The translations under genes and the position numbers were made by a program. DNA of 64,000 bases from Nitrospinaceae bacterium (GTDB lineage Bacteria; Nitrospinota; Nitrospinia; Nitrospinales; VA-1): the NCBI GenBank assembly GCA_046754465.1, contig JBHHVU010000001.1, positions 32,001 to 96,000 of the forward strand. Direction: 5' to 3'. The notes beneath the pieces are model-generated. The model did not search any database and had not been told where the DNA came from. It worked only from the letters and a program-made list of their open reading frames with translations. Positions 38,841-49,819 of the stretch are shown piece after piece (position 1 is the first letter of the stretch; each line of letters starts with the position of its first letter).

Positions 38841-39779
38841 TTACGGCAGGGTCTGAGATAATCCTTCCCTTCCGCTTCTTATAGAGGAAGCGGCGCGCTC
38901 CAGGGCAGCCACCGCCAAATTAAAATTGTAGACGGTTTCATAGTACCCCTGCAGGACGCGCGTGTAGATAATCAGAGCCTCAAAAAGGTCCTGCGAATCC
39001 CCTATCCCAAAATCGTAATTGGCCACTTCCGTGACCAGCAGAGCCCGGGTGATTTTCCTGCTCTGTTGCGCCAACTTCAACTTATCACTCGATTTTTGGA
39101 TCTCAATGAATGCCTTTTCCAGGACAAACAGGTCCTCTTCCTTCAACTGATGGGAAATTTTGCCGGGAATCTTGCCGGTAACGGGATCGGTTTCGGTATT
39201 TTCGCTCGCCAGGGAAGCCCCTCCGCCCTGAAAATGGAAATCTCGCAGGAATTCATCCAGATCCTTAAAGGGAAATGGGACGCGCCGGATGGATCTTTCC
39301 TCCATTTTGCTATCGGCCGAAACATCCAGTCCGGTCAGATTCCCCAGCCATAGTTTGGCGATGTGAATCTCATTTTTTAGATCGATGATGCTGTTCAGAG
39401 TGCCGTTCAATCCCAGTTTGAGTTTGGTGATATCCGATTGGGAAATGTCCTCCTCGCCGGAGTTGAACTTTTCCTCGGATTTCTTCACCGCTTTTTCAAA
39501 ATGCTTTTTTACTTCCTCGGCAATGTCCAGTTGTTCCAACTGATACTGGATTCGGTAGTAATATTTACGGGCCAGGTACTTCACCTCCCACGCCGGACGC
39601 AAATGGACTGATTGTTTTTGCAACGCCAGTCCAATCGTCTCCCGCAAGGGGGGAATGGACGGTTTTCCATCGGCTTCGACCCTTTGGGGAACCGCAAGCA
39701 TCAAAAAGAACCCCAGCATAACCAGGGATACCGTGTTCGAGGTTAACATTCCATTACAGAATTTGCTTTTTATTTTCAT
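38841..39779 (-). CDS. Exported helical protein, short TolC/outer-membrane efflux-like
   Basis: Signal peptide; two OEP-like helical halves (..YY......LD; ..FNLAVAALERA). Confidence 0.55.
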   Translation of the reverse strand: MKIKSKFCNGMLTSNTVSLVMLGFFLMLAVPQRVEADGKPSIPPLRETIGLALQKQSVHLRPAWEVKYLARKYYYRIQYQLEQLDIAEEVKKHFEKAVKKSEEKFNSGEEDISQSDITKLKLGLNGTLNSIIDLKNEIHIAKLWLGNLTGLDVSADSKMEERSIRRVPFPFKDLDEFLRDFHFQGGGASLASENTETDPVTGKIPGKISHQLKEEDLFVLEKAFIEIQKSSDKLKLAQQSRKITRALLVTEVANYDFGIGDSQDLFEALIIYTRVLQGYYETVYNFNLAVAALERAASSIRSGREGLSQTLP

Positions 39780-39852
39780 CTGTTCGAATCCATTTTTTCG
39801 GAGGACAGATTTTCAGGCAACCTTGAAAATTCATGGGAGATCAAAAGGAAAG

Positions 39853-39966
39853 CAAAAAGAAAGGGGCACTGAACTTCCAAAAAGAAACCTTGATGGCAAC
39901 CAAGACGATTCTTTTCTTCTAAAATGCCCTATACCTAGGACAGAAAGTTCAGCACCCCTAGGGGAT
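39853..39966 (-). ncRNA. Candidate structured RNA (sRNA or leader/attenuator), family not recognised
   Basis: 15-bp closing stem with two G-U pairs that form only on the minus strand, two internal hairpins, U-rich tail, promoter directly upstream. Confidence 0.55.
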
Positions 39967-39972
39967 GTTGTG

Positions 39973-40001
39973 AAGTTATCATATGGCCTACCCCCTGTCA
40001 A
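39973..40001 (-). promoter_or_regulatory. Sigma70-type promoter
   Basis: TTGACA-17 bp-TAACTT with extended -10 TGn. Confidence 0.6.
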
Positions 40002-40222
40002 TACAATTCTAGGTCAGCGGGAGCCCGGACACCCGCCAGAAATAAAGTAATGTTTTTAATTTCAAGAGGTTATAAATCCTCCGGCCAACGCCTAAAAAGA
40101 GTGCAATATAATGCCTTATTTTTCAACAGTTTTCGAGTTTTTGGAAAGGAGCTGGAACCGTTCCGTCCGCCCACCGGCCTACAAAATATCCGTAACGTAC
40201 TACTTCTAAAAGGGTTACATGT

Positions 40223-41047
40223 TCAAATCACCTCGAAGGGTACGGGGATGAAGGTGAGCACGAAGATGATGATCGATACATATCCCAATACCCGGTGTTT
40301 TCTCTCGGGCAAGACGGTCTCATCCCCCAGAGGCGCTGGCCGGAACCCGATCAAGGTGATCATGAACGCCCAGAATAACCAGCCCGGCCAGAAGTAACCC
40401 AGGGGAAACAGCATCACGAAAAAAATCCTGGCCAAGAAATGATATCGGACCCGAAACAGCGCGTACACGATATGACCGCCGTCCAACTGACCGATCGGCA
40501 ATAAATTCAATGCCGTAACAAATAATCCGATCCAACCCGCGAAGGCGATGGGGTGAAATGCGATATTGACCTCGCTCGAAAGGGAGCTCACGCCGAGAAT
40601 CAGTTTTGAAAGTACCACTAAAATAATGGAACTGCCAAAAGTAAGACCGTGGATTCCTTCACCGGGGGAGATTTTGGACAAAAACAGTCCGAGAATCAAG
40701 GTCGGTACCGCGACGATGAACCCCGCGATGGGCCCGGCGGCGCCTATTTCCATCAATACCCGGCGGTTGGGGATCTTGTCCTTGATTTGAATGAAAGCGC
40801 CAAAGGTTCCAGCTATAAATACCGGCGGCGCGGGAATAAAATACGGCAGGGTGGCTCGAACATGGTTCCTCCGGCTCGCCCAGTAATGACCAAACTCGTG
40901 CGTCCCCAGAATGAGAAGCAGGCTTATGGAAAACAGGAATCCCCCTGCGAGATAAGTGGTGAACACCGTCCCGGCAAGAAGCAGGTAGAACGTGATCCAG
41001 TTTTTGAGACTCGGAGCTGAGGGAGACACGCGTTCTTCCAATTCCAC
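40223..41047 (-). CDS. Site-2 protease (peptidase M50)
   Basis: HEFGH, AAGP, NLLPIGQLDGGH, multiple TM segments. Confidence 0.93.
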   Translation of the reverse strand: MELEERVSPSAPSLKNWITFYLLLAGTVFTTYLAGGFLFSISLLLILGTHEFGHYWASRRNHVRATLPYFIPAPPVFIAGTFGAFIQIKDKIPNRRVLMEIGAAGPIAGFIVAVPTLILGLFLSKISPGEGIHGLTFGSSIILVVLSKLILGVSSLSSEVNIAFHPIAFAGWIGLFVTALNLLPIGQLDGGHIVYALFRVRYHFLARIFFVMLFPLGYFWPGWLFWAFMITLIGFRPAPLGDETVLPERKHRVLGYVSIIIFVLTFIPVPFEVI

Positions 41048-41058
41048 GGGCTGACCGG

Positions 41059-42378
41059 TCAGCCTTGAATAGGCGATAAAGGTTTATGGGTGAATTCCCT
41101 GGCATTTTCTCCTGTATAATCTTCCACCGTTTGTCCATCCCCGATGAGTTGGTACTTATAGATCACCAGTCCTTCCAGACCGACCGGTCCGCGGGCGTGG
41201 GTTTTGTTGGTGCTGATACCGATTTCCGCCCCCAAACCGTAGCGGAATCCGTCGGCGAAACGGGTCGATGCGTTCCACATGACACTGGCGGAATCCACTT
41301 CATTGAGGAACATCCTGGCCTTGTCTTCATCCTCGGTGATGATCGAGTCGGTATGACCCGACCCATGGGTATTGATAAAATCGATGGCTTCCTTGACACC
41401 CTGCACCACCTTCATGGATAATTTAAGGTCGTTGTACTCCTCATCCCATTCATTTTCACCGGCCCTGGCTATTTCCGGGGCCAACTGACAAATTTTGTTG
41501 CATCCCACCAGTTCCACGCCTTCCTCCCGGAATTTCCGCACCAGGTCGGGCAGTATCTTTCCCGCGATCTTCTCATCGAGCAACAGGGTTTCCATGGCAT
41601 TGCAGGCGGCGGGGTACTGTAGTTTGGCGTCCAGAAGTATCCGGATCGCCTTGGCCATGTCCGCGCCGTCATCGACATAGCAATGACAGATGCCTTCCGA
41701 ATGGCCCAACACAGGAATTTTGGTATTTTCCTGAATATATTTGACGAAGGCATTGCTTCCCCTGGGAACAATAAGGTTGATGAACCGGTCCTCTTTCAGC
41801 ATTTCGGAGACTTCCGACCGTGTTTCGATCATTTGGATCCCCGCGAGGGGAACCCCGGGAACCTGGCCCATGGCGCTTACCAGAAGGGAAACGAGGACCT
41901 TATTGGTATTTTGCGCTTCCTTCCCCCCTTTAAGGATGACGGCGTTCCCCGATTTGAAACAAAGGGAGGCAATTTGCGGGATCGCGTCCGGCCGCGACTC
42001 AAAAATCGCGCCGATCACTCCGATCGGACAAGTCACCTGATGCAGGACCAGGTCCTTGTCCAGTTCAACGGTGTGTTTTTCCCGGCCCACCGGATCGGGA
42101 AGTTTCGCGACACTGAGGATTCCCCTTGCCATTCCGCGAATTTTCTCTTCATTCAGGGACAGCCGGGCAATCAGCGGACCGGGAATCGATTCCCTTTTGG
42201 CGGCTTCCAGGTCTTTCCGGTTGGCTTCCAGGATGGGACCGCTTAACCCCTCCAGGCTTTCGGCCATTTTTTCCAAGGCGCGGTTCTTGATATCCGTTGA
42301 CAACCGCGCCAATTTCAACGCAGCGGCCTTCGCCCTGGCGGCAATTTCTGAAACTGTCATATTTTCCATTTTATTCAT
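41059..42378 (-). CDS. proA: Gamma-glutamyl phosphate reductase
   Basis: PIGVIGAIFESRP, KSGNAVILKGG, ACNAMETLL, NASTRFADG, GAEIGIST, HARGPVGL. Confidence 0.96.
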   Translation of the reverse strand: MNKMENMTVSEIAARAKAAALKLARLSTDIKNRALEKMAESLEGLSGPILEANRKDLEAAKRESIPGPLIARLSLNEEKIRGMARGILSVAKLPDPVGREKHTVELDKDLVLHQVTCPIGVIGAIFESRPDAIPQIASLCFKSGNAVILKGGKEAQNTNKVLVSLLVSAMGQVPGVPLAGIQMIETRSEVSEMLKEDRFINLIVPRGSNAFVKYIQENTKIPVLGHSEGICHCYVDDGADMAKAIRILLDAKLQYPAACNAMETLLLDEKIAGKILPDLVRKFREEGVELVGCNKICQLAPEIARAGENEWDEEYNDLKLSMKVVQGVKEAIDFINTHGSGHTDSIITEDEDKARMFLNEVDSASVMWNASTRFADGFRYGLGAEIGISTNKTHARGPVGLEGLVIYKYQLIGDGQTVEDYTGENAREFTHKPLSPIQG

Positions 42379-42490
42379 CTCGACTCAATACGGGTTGGAA
42401 CATCGCCAAAACCGTTCCCGGTGGTTCGGAAAAGATTTTCCTGACCGCTTCCACGTTCGAGGCCCTTATCCTGTGAACCCCGGCCCACGA

Positions 42491-44641
42491 TCATGGAAAG
42501 TTTTGGACCATGATACGTACTTCCAGGCCATCCTGCAGCCAACCGAAATTGCCATGACCGGCTAGGGTGGTAATGATTCCATCCTTGTCGATTTTGCGGA
42601 CGCGATTATTGTCCCGGTCGGTGAAATACAGGTTGCCGTGTTTGTCAAAAACCATGCGGAAGGGACCTTTGTTGCGGGCCTCAATCGCCGGGCCGCCGTC
42701 GCCGCTGAATCCGTCCTCCCCCGTCCCGGCAACCGGAAAAATGTTGCCTTCGCGGTCAATTTTCCGGATCCGGTGGCTGGATTCCTCGGCCACGTATAAA
42801 TCTCCATTGGGACCGAGCGCCAATCCGCCGGGAGAGCGGATGCCTGCCAGCAGGGCGGATCCTCCATCCCCATAATCCTTGAAGTCCCCGCTCCCGCCCA
42901 AGGTGGAAATATGGCCATCGGGATCGATTTTTCGGATTTTGCTGCTTCCGGAATCTGAAAGATAAAAGTTCCCCTCCTTATCCAATACCAGGCCGTTGAT
43001 GTGCACTTCCTGCCCCTGGGCGAGCAAGTCCCTGGCCTTCACCGAGGTGATGATCCCCTTTCGATCAATTTTACGAATGTTGCCATTGGTCTTGTCGGCC
43101 ACATAAATATTGCCTTCCCGGCCGGCGGCGATATCGCTGATGGTATAAAAAGAGGCCTTTATGGCGGGGCCGCCGTCTCCGGAATTTCCAGGGACGCCGT
43201 TGCCCGCGAACCGGGTTATGATTCCATGGGAATCGATTTTGCGGACGATCCAGCTATTTCCGAGACGGCATACGACATAAATGTTGTCTTCCCTGTCGAT
43301 GGTCATCATGGAGGGCAGAAAGAGCGCCGCCAGGGAGGCGGGGCCGCCGTCTCCCTCGTTTCCCTTCCTGCCCGTCCCGGCCAGGGTGGAGACGATTCCT
43401 TCGGGATCCACTTTCCGGATCCGATGATGATCCTTATCCGCAAAAAGGATATTCCCCCTGCTGTCGATCACGATTCCCGAAGGCGCATTCAGGGTGGCCC
43501 CGCGGCCGGGGCCGCCATCCCCTTTGAACAGGGAGTGGCCGTTTCCCGCAACGGTTTTCACCGACTGGTTTTTCAGGTTGGCGCTCCGGACGCGAAAATG
43601 CGAGCGGTCCGCGACGATCAGGTTTTCTCCGCCGGCGTCGATCGTAAGGGCAAAGGGGAGATGCAGGCTAGTTTCCGCGGCGATTTCATTGTCACCGTTG
43701 TATTCTGCTTTGCCGGTTCCCATGAATGTAGTGATCACTCCCAGCGGATCCACTTTACGGATCCGGTTATTGTTCCGGTCCGCGATGTACAAGTTCCCGG
43801 AATCATCCTTGACGACATCGGTCGGAAACGCCAGGCTGGCCCGGGTGGCCGGGCCATAATCGCCGCCATAGGAATGCATGCCGTCGCCGGCGACGGTGGT
43901 GATGATCCCGCGTGCGTCGATCTTGCGGACGCGGTTGTTCCCGCGGTCGGCGATGTACAGATTCCCTTCCTGGTCCCCAAAGATTCCAAAGGGATATTTC
44001 AATAACGCGTCTTCCGCCAAGCCGAAATCCCCTCCAAACCCCGGCGGACCCAATCCGGCAATCGTGGTGATGATCCCCTGGGTATCGACTTTCCGGATGC
44101 GGTTGTTGGACCGGTCGGAAATATAAAGATTCCCCACGGGGTCCACGGCGACATCGGAGGGAAAGTTTAAACTGGCGTTGACGGCGGGTCCATCGTCCCC
44201 CGCCCAATCAGCAAGGCCGTTTCCCGCCACGGTGGTGATGATGCCGTTTTTATCGATCATGCGGACGCGGTGATTGTTACGGTCGGCGATAAAAAGGTTG
44301 CCCTGGGGATCGAAGGCCAATCCGGCGGGAAAGTTGAGCGAAGCTTTTAGCGCGGGCCCCCCGTCGCCCCCGAATCCCGCTATCCCGTTTCCAGCAATGG
44401 TCGTGATAGTTCCGTCGGGGATCACCTTCCGGATTCGGTTTTTCGACCGGTGCGATATATAGAGATTGCCCTGGGGCCCGGCGGTGATGCCGTCGACAAG
44501 CGTCAAAACCACCTTGGTGGCTGGGCTTCCGTCTCCCACGTCCTTGTAAGGATAATGTGGACCCGGCGCGGGGAATCCCGCGGCCAGGCAGAAAAAAGGC
44601 AAAACCCACACAAGGGAACGAAAGAAAAATTTTAACCTCAT
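42491..44641 (-). CDS. Secreted NHL-repeat (teneurin-NHL-like) protein, about 12 blades
   Basis: Signal peptide; repeated GNLYIADRxNxRIRKID..GIITTVAG.G...F.GDGGPA units; start 44641 or 44674. Confidence 0.9.
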   Translation of the reverse strand: MRLKFFFRSLVWVLPFFCLAAGFPAPGPHYPYKDVGDGSPATKVVLTLVDGITAGPQGNLYISHRSKNRIRKVIPDGTITTIAGNGIAGFGGDGGPALKASLNFPAGLAFDPQGNLFIADRNNHRVRMIDKNGIITTVAGNGLADWAGDDGPAVNASLNFPSDVAVDPVGNLYISDRSNNRIRKVDTQGIITTIAGLGPPGFGGDFGLAEDALLKYPFGIFGDQEGNLYIADRGNNRVRKIDARGIITTVAGDGMHSYGGDYGPATRASLAFPTDVVKDDSGNLYIADRNNNRIRKVDPLGVITTFMGTGKAEYNGDNEIAAETSLHLPFALTIDAGGENLIVADRSHFRVRSANLKNQSVKTVAGNGHSLFKGDGGPGRGATLNAPSGIVIDSRGNILFADKDHHRIRKVDPEGIVSTLAGTGRKGNEGDGGPASLAALFLPSMMTIDREDNIYVVCRLGNSWIVRKIDSHGIITRFAGNGVPGNSGDGGPAIKASFYTISDIAAGREGNIYVADKTNGNIRKIDRKGIITSVKARDLLAQGQEVHINGLVLDKEGNFYLSDSGSSKIRKIDPDGHISTLGGSGDFKDYGDGGSALLAGIRSPGGLALGPNGDLYVAEESSHRIRKIDREGNIFPVAGTGEDGFSGDGGPAIEARNKGPFRMVFDKHGNLYFTDRDNNRVRKIDKDGIITTLAGHGNFGWLQDGLEVRIMVQNFP

Positions 44642-44825
44642 GACATCCCCAAAATATAACCTGCGGCCCACCAAAAGCGGTTACTGAAAATCATGGATGG
44701 AAAACCTTCGGCTGGCAATGAAAGTCCGGTGCGCCAGCCGTACCGTGGGCAGGGGGTGATGCATCCCTTCATATCAAATATGGCAAAAATCCACTGCAAT
44801 TCCGGAGGTTTTCCGGCCCCTCCGG

Positions 44826-45632
44826 TTAACGGGTGACAATCTGAATTTTCCCTTTCTTATTATACTTGAACGCCAGGATAAAGGTGGATTCGCTAAGATG
44901 ATTCTGGACCAGGTCCAGGACCTTGAGTTTGGGAAAGGACTCGGACTGGATAAGCGCAACTGCACCCTTATCGGAGATATTATTCTGGCCCACGTAAAGC
45001 GCCTGGAGATTGGAGAAATTTTTCGATTTCGCCAAGGCGATGGCCCCCTCATCCCTCACTTCGTTTCGGAAGAGGTTGAGAGTTTCCAGGTTGGGAAACG
45101 CCTTTGCCTCCGCCAGGGCGGCGGCCCCGGCAGGGGTGATCAGGTTATTGTTCAGCATCAGGGTCTTTAATCGCAGAAAGTTTTTTGACCGCCCCATGAT
45201 TTCAAGAGCGTCGTCCCCAATTTCGTTTTTCCACAATTTCAACGATTCAAGGCGGGTCAGGTGAGGAGATTCCGCCAACGCCTTGAGTCCCAGGTCGCCC
45301 GCAAGGTTTCCCCATAGATCGAGGTGTTTGAGCCGGGCCAGGTGAGGCGAATTCGCCAGCGCCCGCAACCCCCGGTACTTTATCTTGTTTCCCTGAAGCA
45401 ACAGCGTGGTCACCCCGGACAGGACTTCCATCCCCGCCAGCCTCTTCGCTCCATTGGGTCCAATCACCAACCCTCCCAAATCCAGGGTCTTCCCATCCTG
45501 ACTCAAGCGCTTGAGAACCAGGGTATCCAGTTTTTCCCCGGCCCAGGCCGAGGGGATCCCGAAACCGGCAACGATCCAGCCGGCGGCCCATAGAATGAGG
45601 ATTTTCCTCACCGGGACGCGCAATCCGCTCAT
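44826..45632 (-). CDS. Exported leucine-rich-repeat protein (RI-like/GALA-like)
   Basis: Signal peptide; LxxLxLxxNxIxxxGxxALAxSxxL repeats of about 28 aa. Confidence 0.88.
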   Translation of the reverse strand: MSGLRVPVRKILILWAAGWIVAGFGIPSAWAGEKLDTLVLKRLSQDGKTLDLGGLVIGPNGAKRLAGMEVLSGVTTLLLQGNKIKYRGLRALANSPHLARLKHLDLWGNLAGDLGLKALAESPHLTRLESLKLWKNEIGDDALEIMGRSKNFLRLKTLMLNNNLITPAGAAALAEAKAFPNLETLNLFRNEVRDEGAIALAKSKNFSNLQALYVGQNNISDKGAVALIQSESFPKLKVLDLVQNHLSESTFILAFKYNKKGKIQIVTR

Positions 45633-45663
45633 AAACCCTCCTGTCTCAATGGCTATCAGAATT

Positions 45664-46347
45664 TCAGGTTATCAAATATTTAAATATTGTATATATAATT
45701 TTTGTTCCAGCCTTGAGGGTCCCGGAAAAGGTTCCGGTTATTTTCGACACCCCCACCCGATCCCGGTAATGCACGGGAATCTCGCCAATTCGCAACCCCT
45801 GCCGGACGGCCTTGATCTGCATTTCCACGGTCCAGCCAAAATTGGTGTCCTCCATTCCAATCGCGGTGAGGGCGTGGTACCGTATCGCGCGGAAGGGTCC
45901 CAGGTCGGTAAACCGGTACCCGAAAAACAGGCGGATCAAAAACACCGCCAGCCGGTTGCCAAACCGGGCCTGGGGAAGAAGCGCCGCCCGGCTTTCGGGC
46001 AAAATCATGCGGCTTCCCAAAACAAAATCTTTCTCGCCGGACACGATCGGCTGAATGATTTGGACGATTTCCTCCGGATAGTCGCTGAAGTCCCCGTCGA
46101 GGAAAACCACGATATCGGGATGGTCCAGATTGCGGATGCCCCGAAGACAGGCCGAACCGTACCCTTTCCGTTTTTCCTGGACCACCTTCGCCCCATTCTC
46201 CCCGGCAATGCGGGCGGTGGCGTCGGTGGAACCGTTATCCACCACTATGATTTCGTGAAGGAATTCCCTGGGCAAGTGTTGCAGGACAAGCCCAATGGAA
46301 GCCTGCTCGTTGAATACCGGTATGATCACCGAAACTCTGGGGTCCAT
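45664..46347 (-). CDS. Glycosyltransferase family 2
   Basis: VIIPVFNE, VVDNGSTD, GYGSAC, FLDGD, TDLGPFRAI. Confidence 0.92.
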   Translation of the reverse strand: MDPRVSVIIPVFNEQASIGLVLQHLPREFLHEIIVVDNGSTDATARIAGENGAKVVQEKRKGYGSACLRGIRNLDHPDIVVFLDGDFSDYPEEIVQIIQPIVSGEKDFVLGSRMILPESRAALLPQARFGNRLAVFLIRLFFGYRFTDLGPFRAIRYHALTAIGMEDTNFGWTVEMQIKAVRQGLRIGEIPVHYRDRVGVSKITGTFSGTLKAGTKIIYTIFKYLIT

Positions 46348-46362
46348 GAAACTTTTCCCAAG

Positions 46363-47166
46363 TCAGGAAAGTTGGGAAATCGCCTTTTTCACCTCGGCGA
46401 CAAAGCGGCCGACCTTTTCATCCCGCTGCAACGGATCCCCATTTTGTTCAATCAATCGGACGATGGCGCTTCCCACGACCACCCCATCGGCGCATTGAAC
46501 CGCTTCCCGGGCCTGGTCGGGACCGGAGATCCCGAATCCGACAAGCACCGGCAAGCGGACGGCGGATTTGATGGCTTTCACCTTTTCCGCAAGACTTTTC
46601 GCCAAGGATTCGCGCATACCCGTCGTTCCGGTGAGGGAAACATAATAGATGAATCCCCGGCTCAAGTTCCCGACCCGGGCGACCCGTTCCCCGGTACTGG
46701 TAGGAGCCAGAAGAAAGATCATGTCCAACCCTTTTTCCTCGGCCAAAGTGGAGAATTCATCGGCTTCCTCGGGCGGCAGGTCCGGAATAATGACACCGTC
46801 GGCGCCAGCCCGCAGGGCGTCGTCGATGAATTTTTCCTGTCCGTACACAAACACCGGATTGAAGCTCGTCATCAATACGATGGGGATCTGTGAGTTTTCG
46901 CGGATTTCCGCGACCATGCCCAGGATTTTCTTCAGAGTCGTTCCGCTTTTCAACGCTCTTTGGGAGGACCCCTGGATGACGGGTCCGTCGGCCAAGGGAT
47001 CGGAAAACGGGACGCCGAGTTCAATGATATCGGCGCCGTTTTTTTCGATCACCTCAAAGATTTTCCGGGTGGATTCCAGATCAGGGTCGCCGGCGGTGAT
47101 GAACGCGACCAGCGCCTTCTGGTTCCTGGTGGACAAGGTCTTGAAACAATCCTGGATTCGGCTCAC
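46363..47166 (-). CDS. trpA: Tryptophan synthase alpha chain
   Basis: [37 protein letters not shown]. Confidence 0.97.
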   Translation of the reverse strand: MSRIQDCFKTLSTRNQKALVAFITAGDPDLESTRKIFEVIEKNGADIIELGVPFSDPLADGPVIQGSSQRALKSGTTLKKILGMVAEIRENSQIPIVLMTSFNPVFVYGQEKFIDDALRAGADGVIIPDLPPEEADEFSTLAEEKGLDMIFLLAPTSTGERVARVGNLSRGFIYYVSLTGTTGMRESLAKSLAEKVKAIKSAVRLPVLVGFGISGPDQAREAVQCADGVVVGSAIVRLIEQNGDPLQRDEKVGRFVAEVKKAISQLS

Positions 47167-48374
47167 AACTGGACTCCCATCATATCGGCCACCTGGTTGA
47201 CATCCTTATCCCCGCGGCCAGAGAGACAAACGACGACAATTTCATCCTTTTTCATTTTCGGCACCAACCGGGTGAGGTGGAAAATAGCGTGGGCCGACTC
47301 CAAAGCGGGGATGATTCCCTCCACCCTGGAGAGCATCTTGAATCCCTCCAGCGCTTCCTCATCGGTGACCGAAACGTACTCGGCCCGACCTGTTTCATGC
47401 AGATAGCTGTGTTCACAACCCACCCCGGGATAGTCGAGTCCGGCGGAGATGGAATGCGCCTCTTTCACCTGCCCATCACCGTCATGAAGCAGGTAACTCA
47501 TCATTCCGTGCAGGACCCCGGCTCGCCCGTGGCTCAGAGAGGCGCCGTGCTTGCCCGTTTCAATCCCCAGTCCCGCCGCCTCCACTCCGACCAGGCGGAC
47601 TTTCTCGTTCCGCACGAAGGGAAAGAACAATCCCATGGAATTACTGCCCCCACCCACGCACGCCACGCAGACGTCTGGCATGCGCCCTTCAAATTCCTTG
47701 AGCTGACCGGTAACTTCCTCGCCGATGATTTTTTGGAAATCGCGGACGATCATGGGATAGGGATGCGGCCCGACCACCGATCCGATAATGTAATGCGTCG
47801 TTTCCACGGTGGTGATCCAGTTCCGAATCGCCTCACTAGTCGCATCCTTCAAGGTCCGGGTACCCCCGGTCACGGGGATAACCCGTGCCCCCAGCAGGCG
47901 CATGCGGAAGACGTTGAGAGCCTGGCGGCGCATGTCCTCTTCCCCCATGAACACGTCGCATTCCAGGCCGAACAGGGAAGCGGCCGTGGCGGTCGCCACC
48001 CCATGCTGACCGGCACCGGTTTCGGCAATCACCCGTTTCTTGTTCATGCGGCACGCGAGCAGGGCGCTGCCGATGGTGTTATTGATCTTGTGCGCCCCGG
48101 TATGGTTCAAGTCCTCCCGCTTCAGGTAAATTCTGGCGCCGCCTAGATGACGGGTCAGATTTTCCGCGAAATAGAGCGGCGTGGGCCGGCCCACGTATTG
48201 CTTCAGGTAATAGTTCAACTTCTTTTCGAAGGCGGGGTCTTGCCGGGCTTCGGAATAAACTTGTTCCAGCTCTTCCAAAGCGGGCATCAACGTTTCGATG
48301 ACATATTTTCCGCCAAAAATGCCAAAATGGCCCCGGGTGTCGGGTAACGGGGTTTGTTTCATTGGTTGCTCCAT
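47163..48374 (-). CDS. trpB: Tryptophan synthase beta chain
   Basis: [48 protein letters not shown]. Confidence 0.98.
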   Translation of the reverse strand: MEQPMKQTPLPDTRGHFGIFGGKYVIETLMPALEELEQVYSEARQDPAFEKKLNYYLKQYVGRPTPLYFAENLTRHLGGARIYLKREDLNHTGAHKINNTIGSALLACRMNKKRVIAETGAGQHGVATATAASLFGLECDVFMGEEDMRRQALNVFRMRLLGARVIPVTGGTRTLKDATSEAIRNWITTVETTHYIIGSVVGPHPYPMIVRDFQKIIGEEVTGQLKEFEGRMPDVCVACVGGGSNSMGLFFPFVRNEKVRLVGVEAAGLGIETGKHGASLSHGRAGVLHGMMSYLLHDGDGQVKEAHSISAGLDYPGVGCEHSYLHETGRAEYVSVTDEEALEGFKMLSRVEGIIPALESAHAIFHLTRLVPKMKKDEIVVVCLSGRGDKDVNQVADMMGVQL

Positions 48375-48507
48375 GATTTAATTTTCTGCTCCCAGGACCC
48401 TAAAAAATAGAATCCACCGTATCAATAACGGGTTGGGGAAGTTTCCTGAACCGTGCCGCCTAATAATGACGAAGTTCCGGCCGCCACAAAAAAATACTTT
48501 GTTTTTT

Positions 48508-49146
48508 TCAAGTGTCCTGAATGCCCTTGGCCGCCTGGATAAAAGCTCTCACTTTTTCAGGATCCTTGATCCCCGGCGATTTCTCCACTCCGGAACACAC
48601 ATCCACACCGTAGGGTTTGACCCTGGAGACCGCCAGAGACACATTATCCGAGTTCAGCCCCCCCGCGAGAATAACCGGACCATATTTTTTGCCCCGGTGA
48701 ACCAGATTCCAGTCAAAAGTCCGCCCCGTTCCCCCCTGGTTCCCTTCGGAATACGTATCCAACAAAAATCCGCTGACCTGATAGGCGGATAACAGGGCAA
48801 AACTTTTTTCGTCACGGACTCGCACGGCCTTGACCACTCTCCGGCGAATCTTTTTACAATATCCGGGACTCTCGTTACCGTGCAATTGGACAATATCCAG
48901 TTTACAGGATTCAGCGATCCGATTGACCCGGTCCGCTGATTCGTCCACGAACACTCCCACTGCCTCCACGAAAGGGGGAAGCAGGGACATCATCTCCTTG
49001 ACCGTCCGGATGGCGACAAATCGTGGGCTTTTTCGGTAAAAGATGAACCCGACCGCATCGGCCCCCTCCTCGACAGCCATCCGCAGGTCCTGGGCATTGG
49101 TCATCCCACAAATTTTAACTTTTACCACCCGCCGGAGGGGCCTCAT
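48508..49146 (-). CDS. trpF: Phosphoribosylanthranilate isomerase
   Basis: VKICG, QLHGNE, GGTG.TFDW, LAGGL, DVCSGVE. Confidence 0.96.
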   Translation of the reverse strand: MRPLRRVVKVKICGMTNAQDLRMAVEEGADAVGFIFYRKSPRFVAIRTVKEMMSLLPPFVEAVGVFVDESADRVNRIAESCKLDIVQLHGNESPGYCKKIRRRVVKAVRVRDEKSFALLSAYQVSGFLLDTYSEGNQGGTGRTFDWNLVHRGKKYGPVILAGGLNSDNVSLAVSRVKPYGVDVCSGVEKSPGIKDPEKVRAFIQAAKGIQDT

Positions 49147-49357
49147 GATTTAAAAATGGGTGTAATTTTTAATAATTTTGGTTTAAAATCCACCCTGAAA
49201 TTACCGGGAGGATGTTGCTTCGGCTCTGAAAAAATAATTTTTCCCGGGAAAAGCAAATTTTCGATTCCCCCTTTCCTCCAGATGGGTGGCACCGTGAAAC
49301 CGAATCTAAACCTCAGCTTTAAAAAAGCATTTTACAACCTATAACCTCAGGTGAACA

Positions 49358-49780
49358 ATGAACTATTTTCGATGGATCCTCACCGCTCTCGCGGCCCTAG
49401 TCATCCTGTTCTCTACCGGTTGCGGAACCACCTCCAAGAAAGAAGGCATCGAAGTTCGAACCGATTTTCAGGGCCGGGGAGTCAAGGTCTTCCAGATTTC
49501 AACGTTTCCTTTGTACGAAGCCACCCTTGAAGCACTGAAAAACATGAACCTGAAGGTGGATGACACGGTCGAGCTGGAGGATGCTTACCAAGTCACCTCG
49601 AAAACCAAGGACCTGAATATTATTATCGACATCCAGGAGGTAGGACCCAAGATTTCCCGGATACGGGTCCGCGCGGAAGAAGGAGGTTTTTTCTCCTATT
49701 CCAATAACGAGGACATGGCCACCGAAATCATCAAGGAAACCGCCCTGGTTCTCGAATCCAAAGGCCAGTTCTTTTATTGA
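49358..49780 (+). CDS. Lipoprotein (DUF3568-like)
   Basis: Lipobox FSTGC after a hydrophobic leader; small alpha/beta domain. Confidence 0.65.
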   Translation: MNYFRWILTALAALVILFSTGCGTTSKKEGIEVRTDFQGRGVKVFQISTFPLYEATLEALKNMNLKVDDTVELEDAYQVTSKTKDLNIIIDIQEVGPKISRIRVRAEEGGFFSYSNNEDMATEIIKETALVLESKGQFFY

Positions 49781-49786
49781 CGGTGA

Positions 49787-49819
49787 CCGCCGGGCAACCC
49801 GTTCCTTGTTGCCCGGCGG
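49787..49819. terminator. GC-rich hairpin between convergent genes
   Basis: CCGCCGGGCAAC / GTTGCCCGGCGG perfect 12-bp stem; no clear U tract. Confidence 0.5.

Noticed and set aside
39940..39965. TPP riboswitch (CTAGGGGTGC start on the minus strand)
   Set aside because: Lacks the CUGAGA and ACCUGA...AUAAU...GCGUAGGGA core
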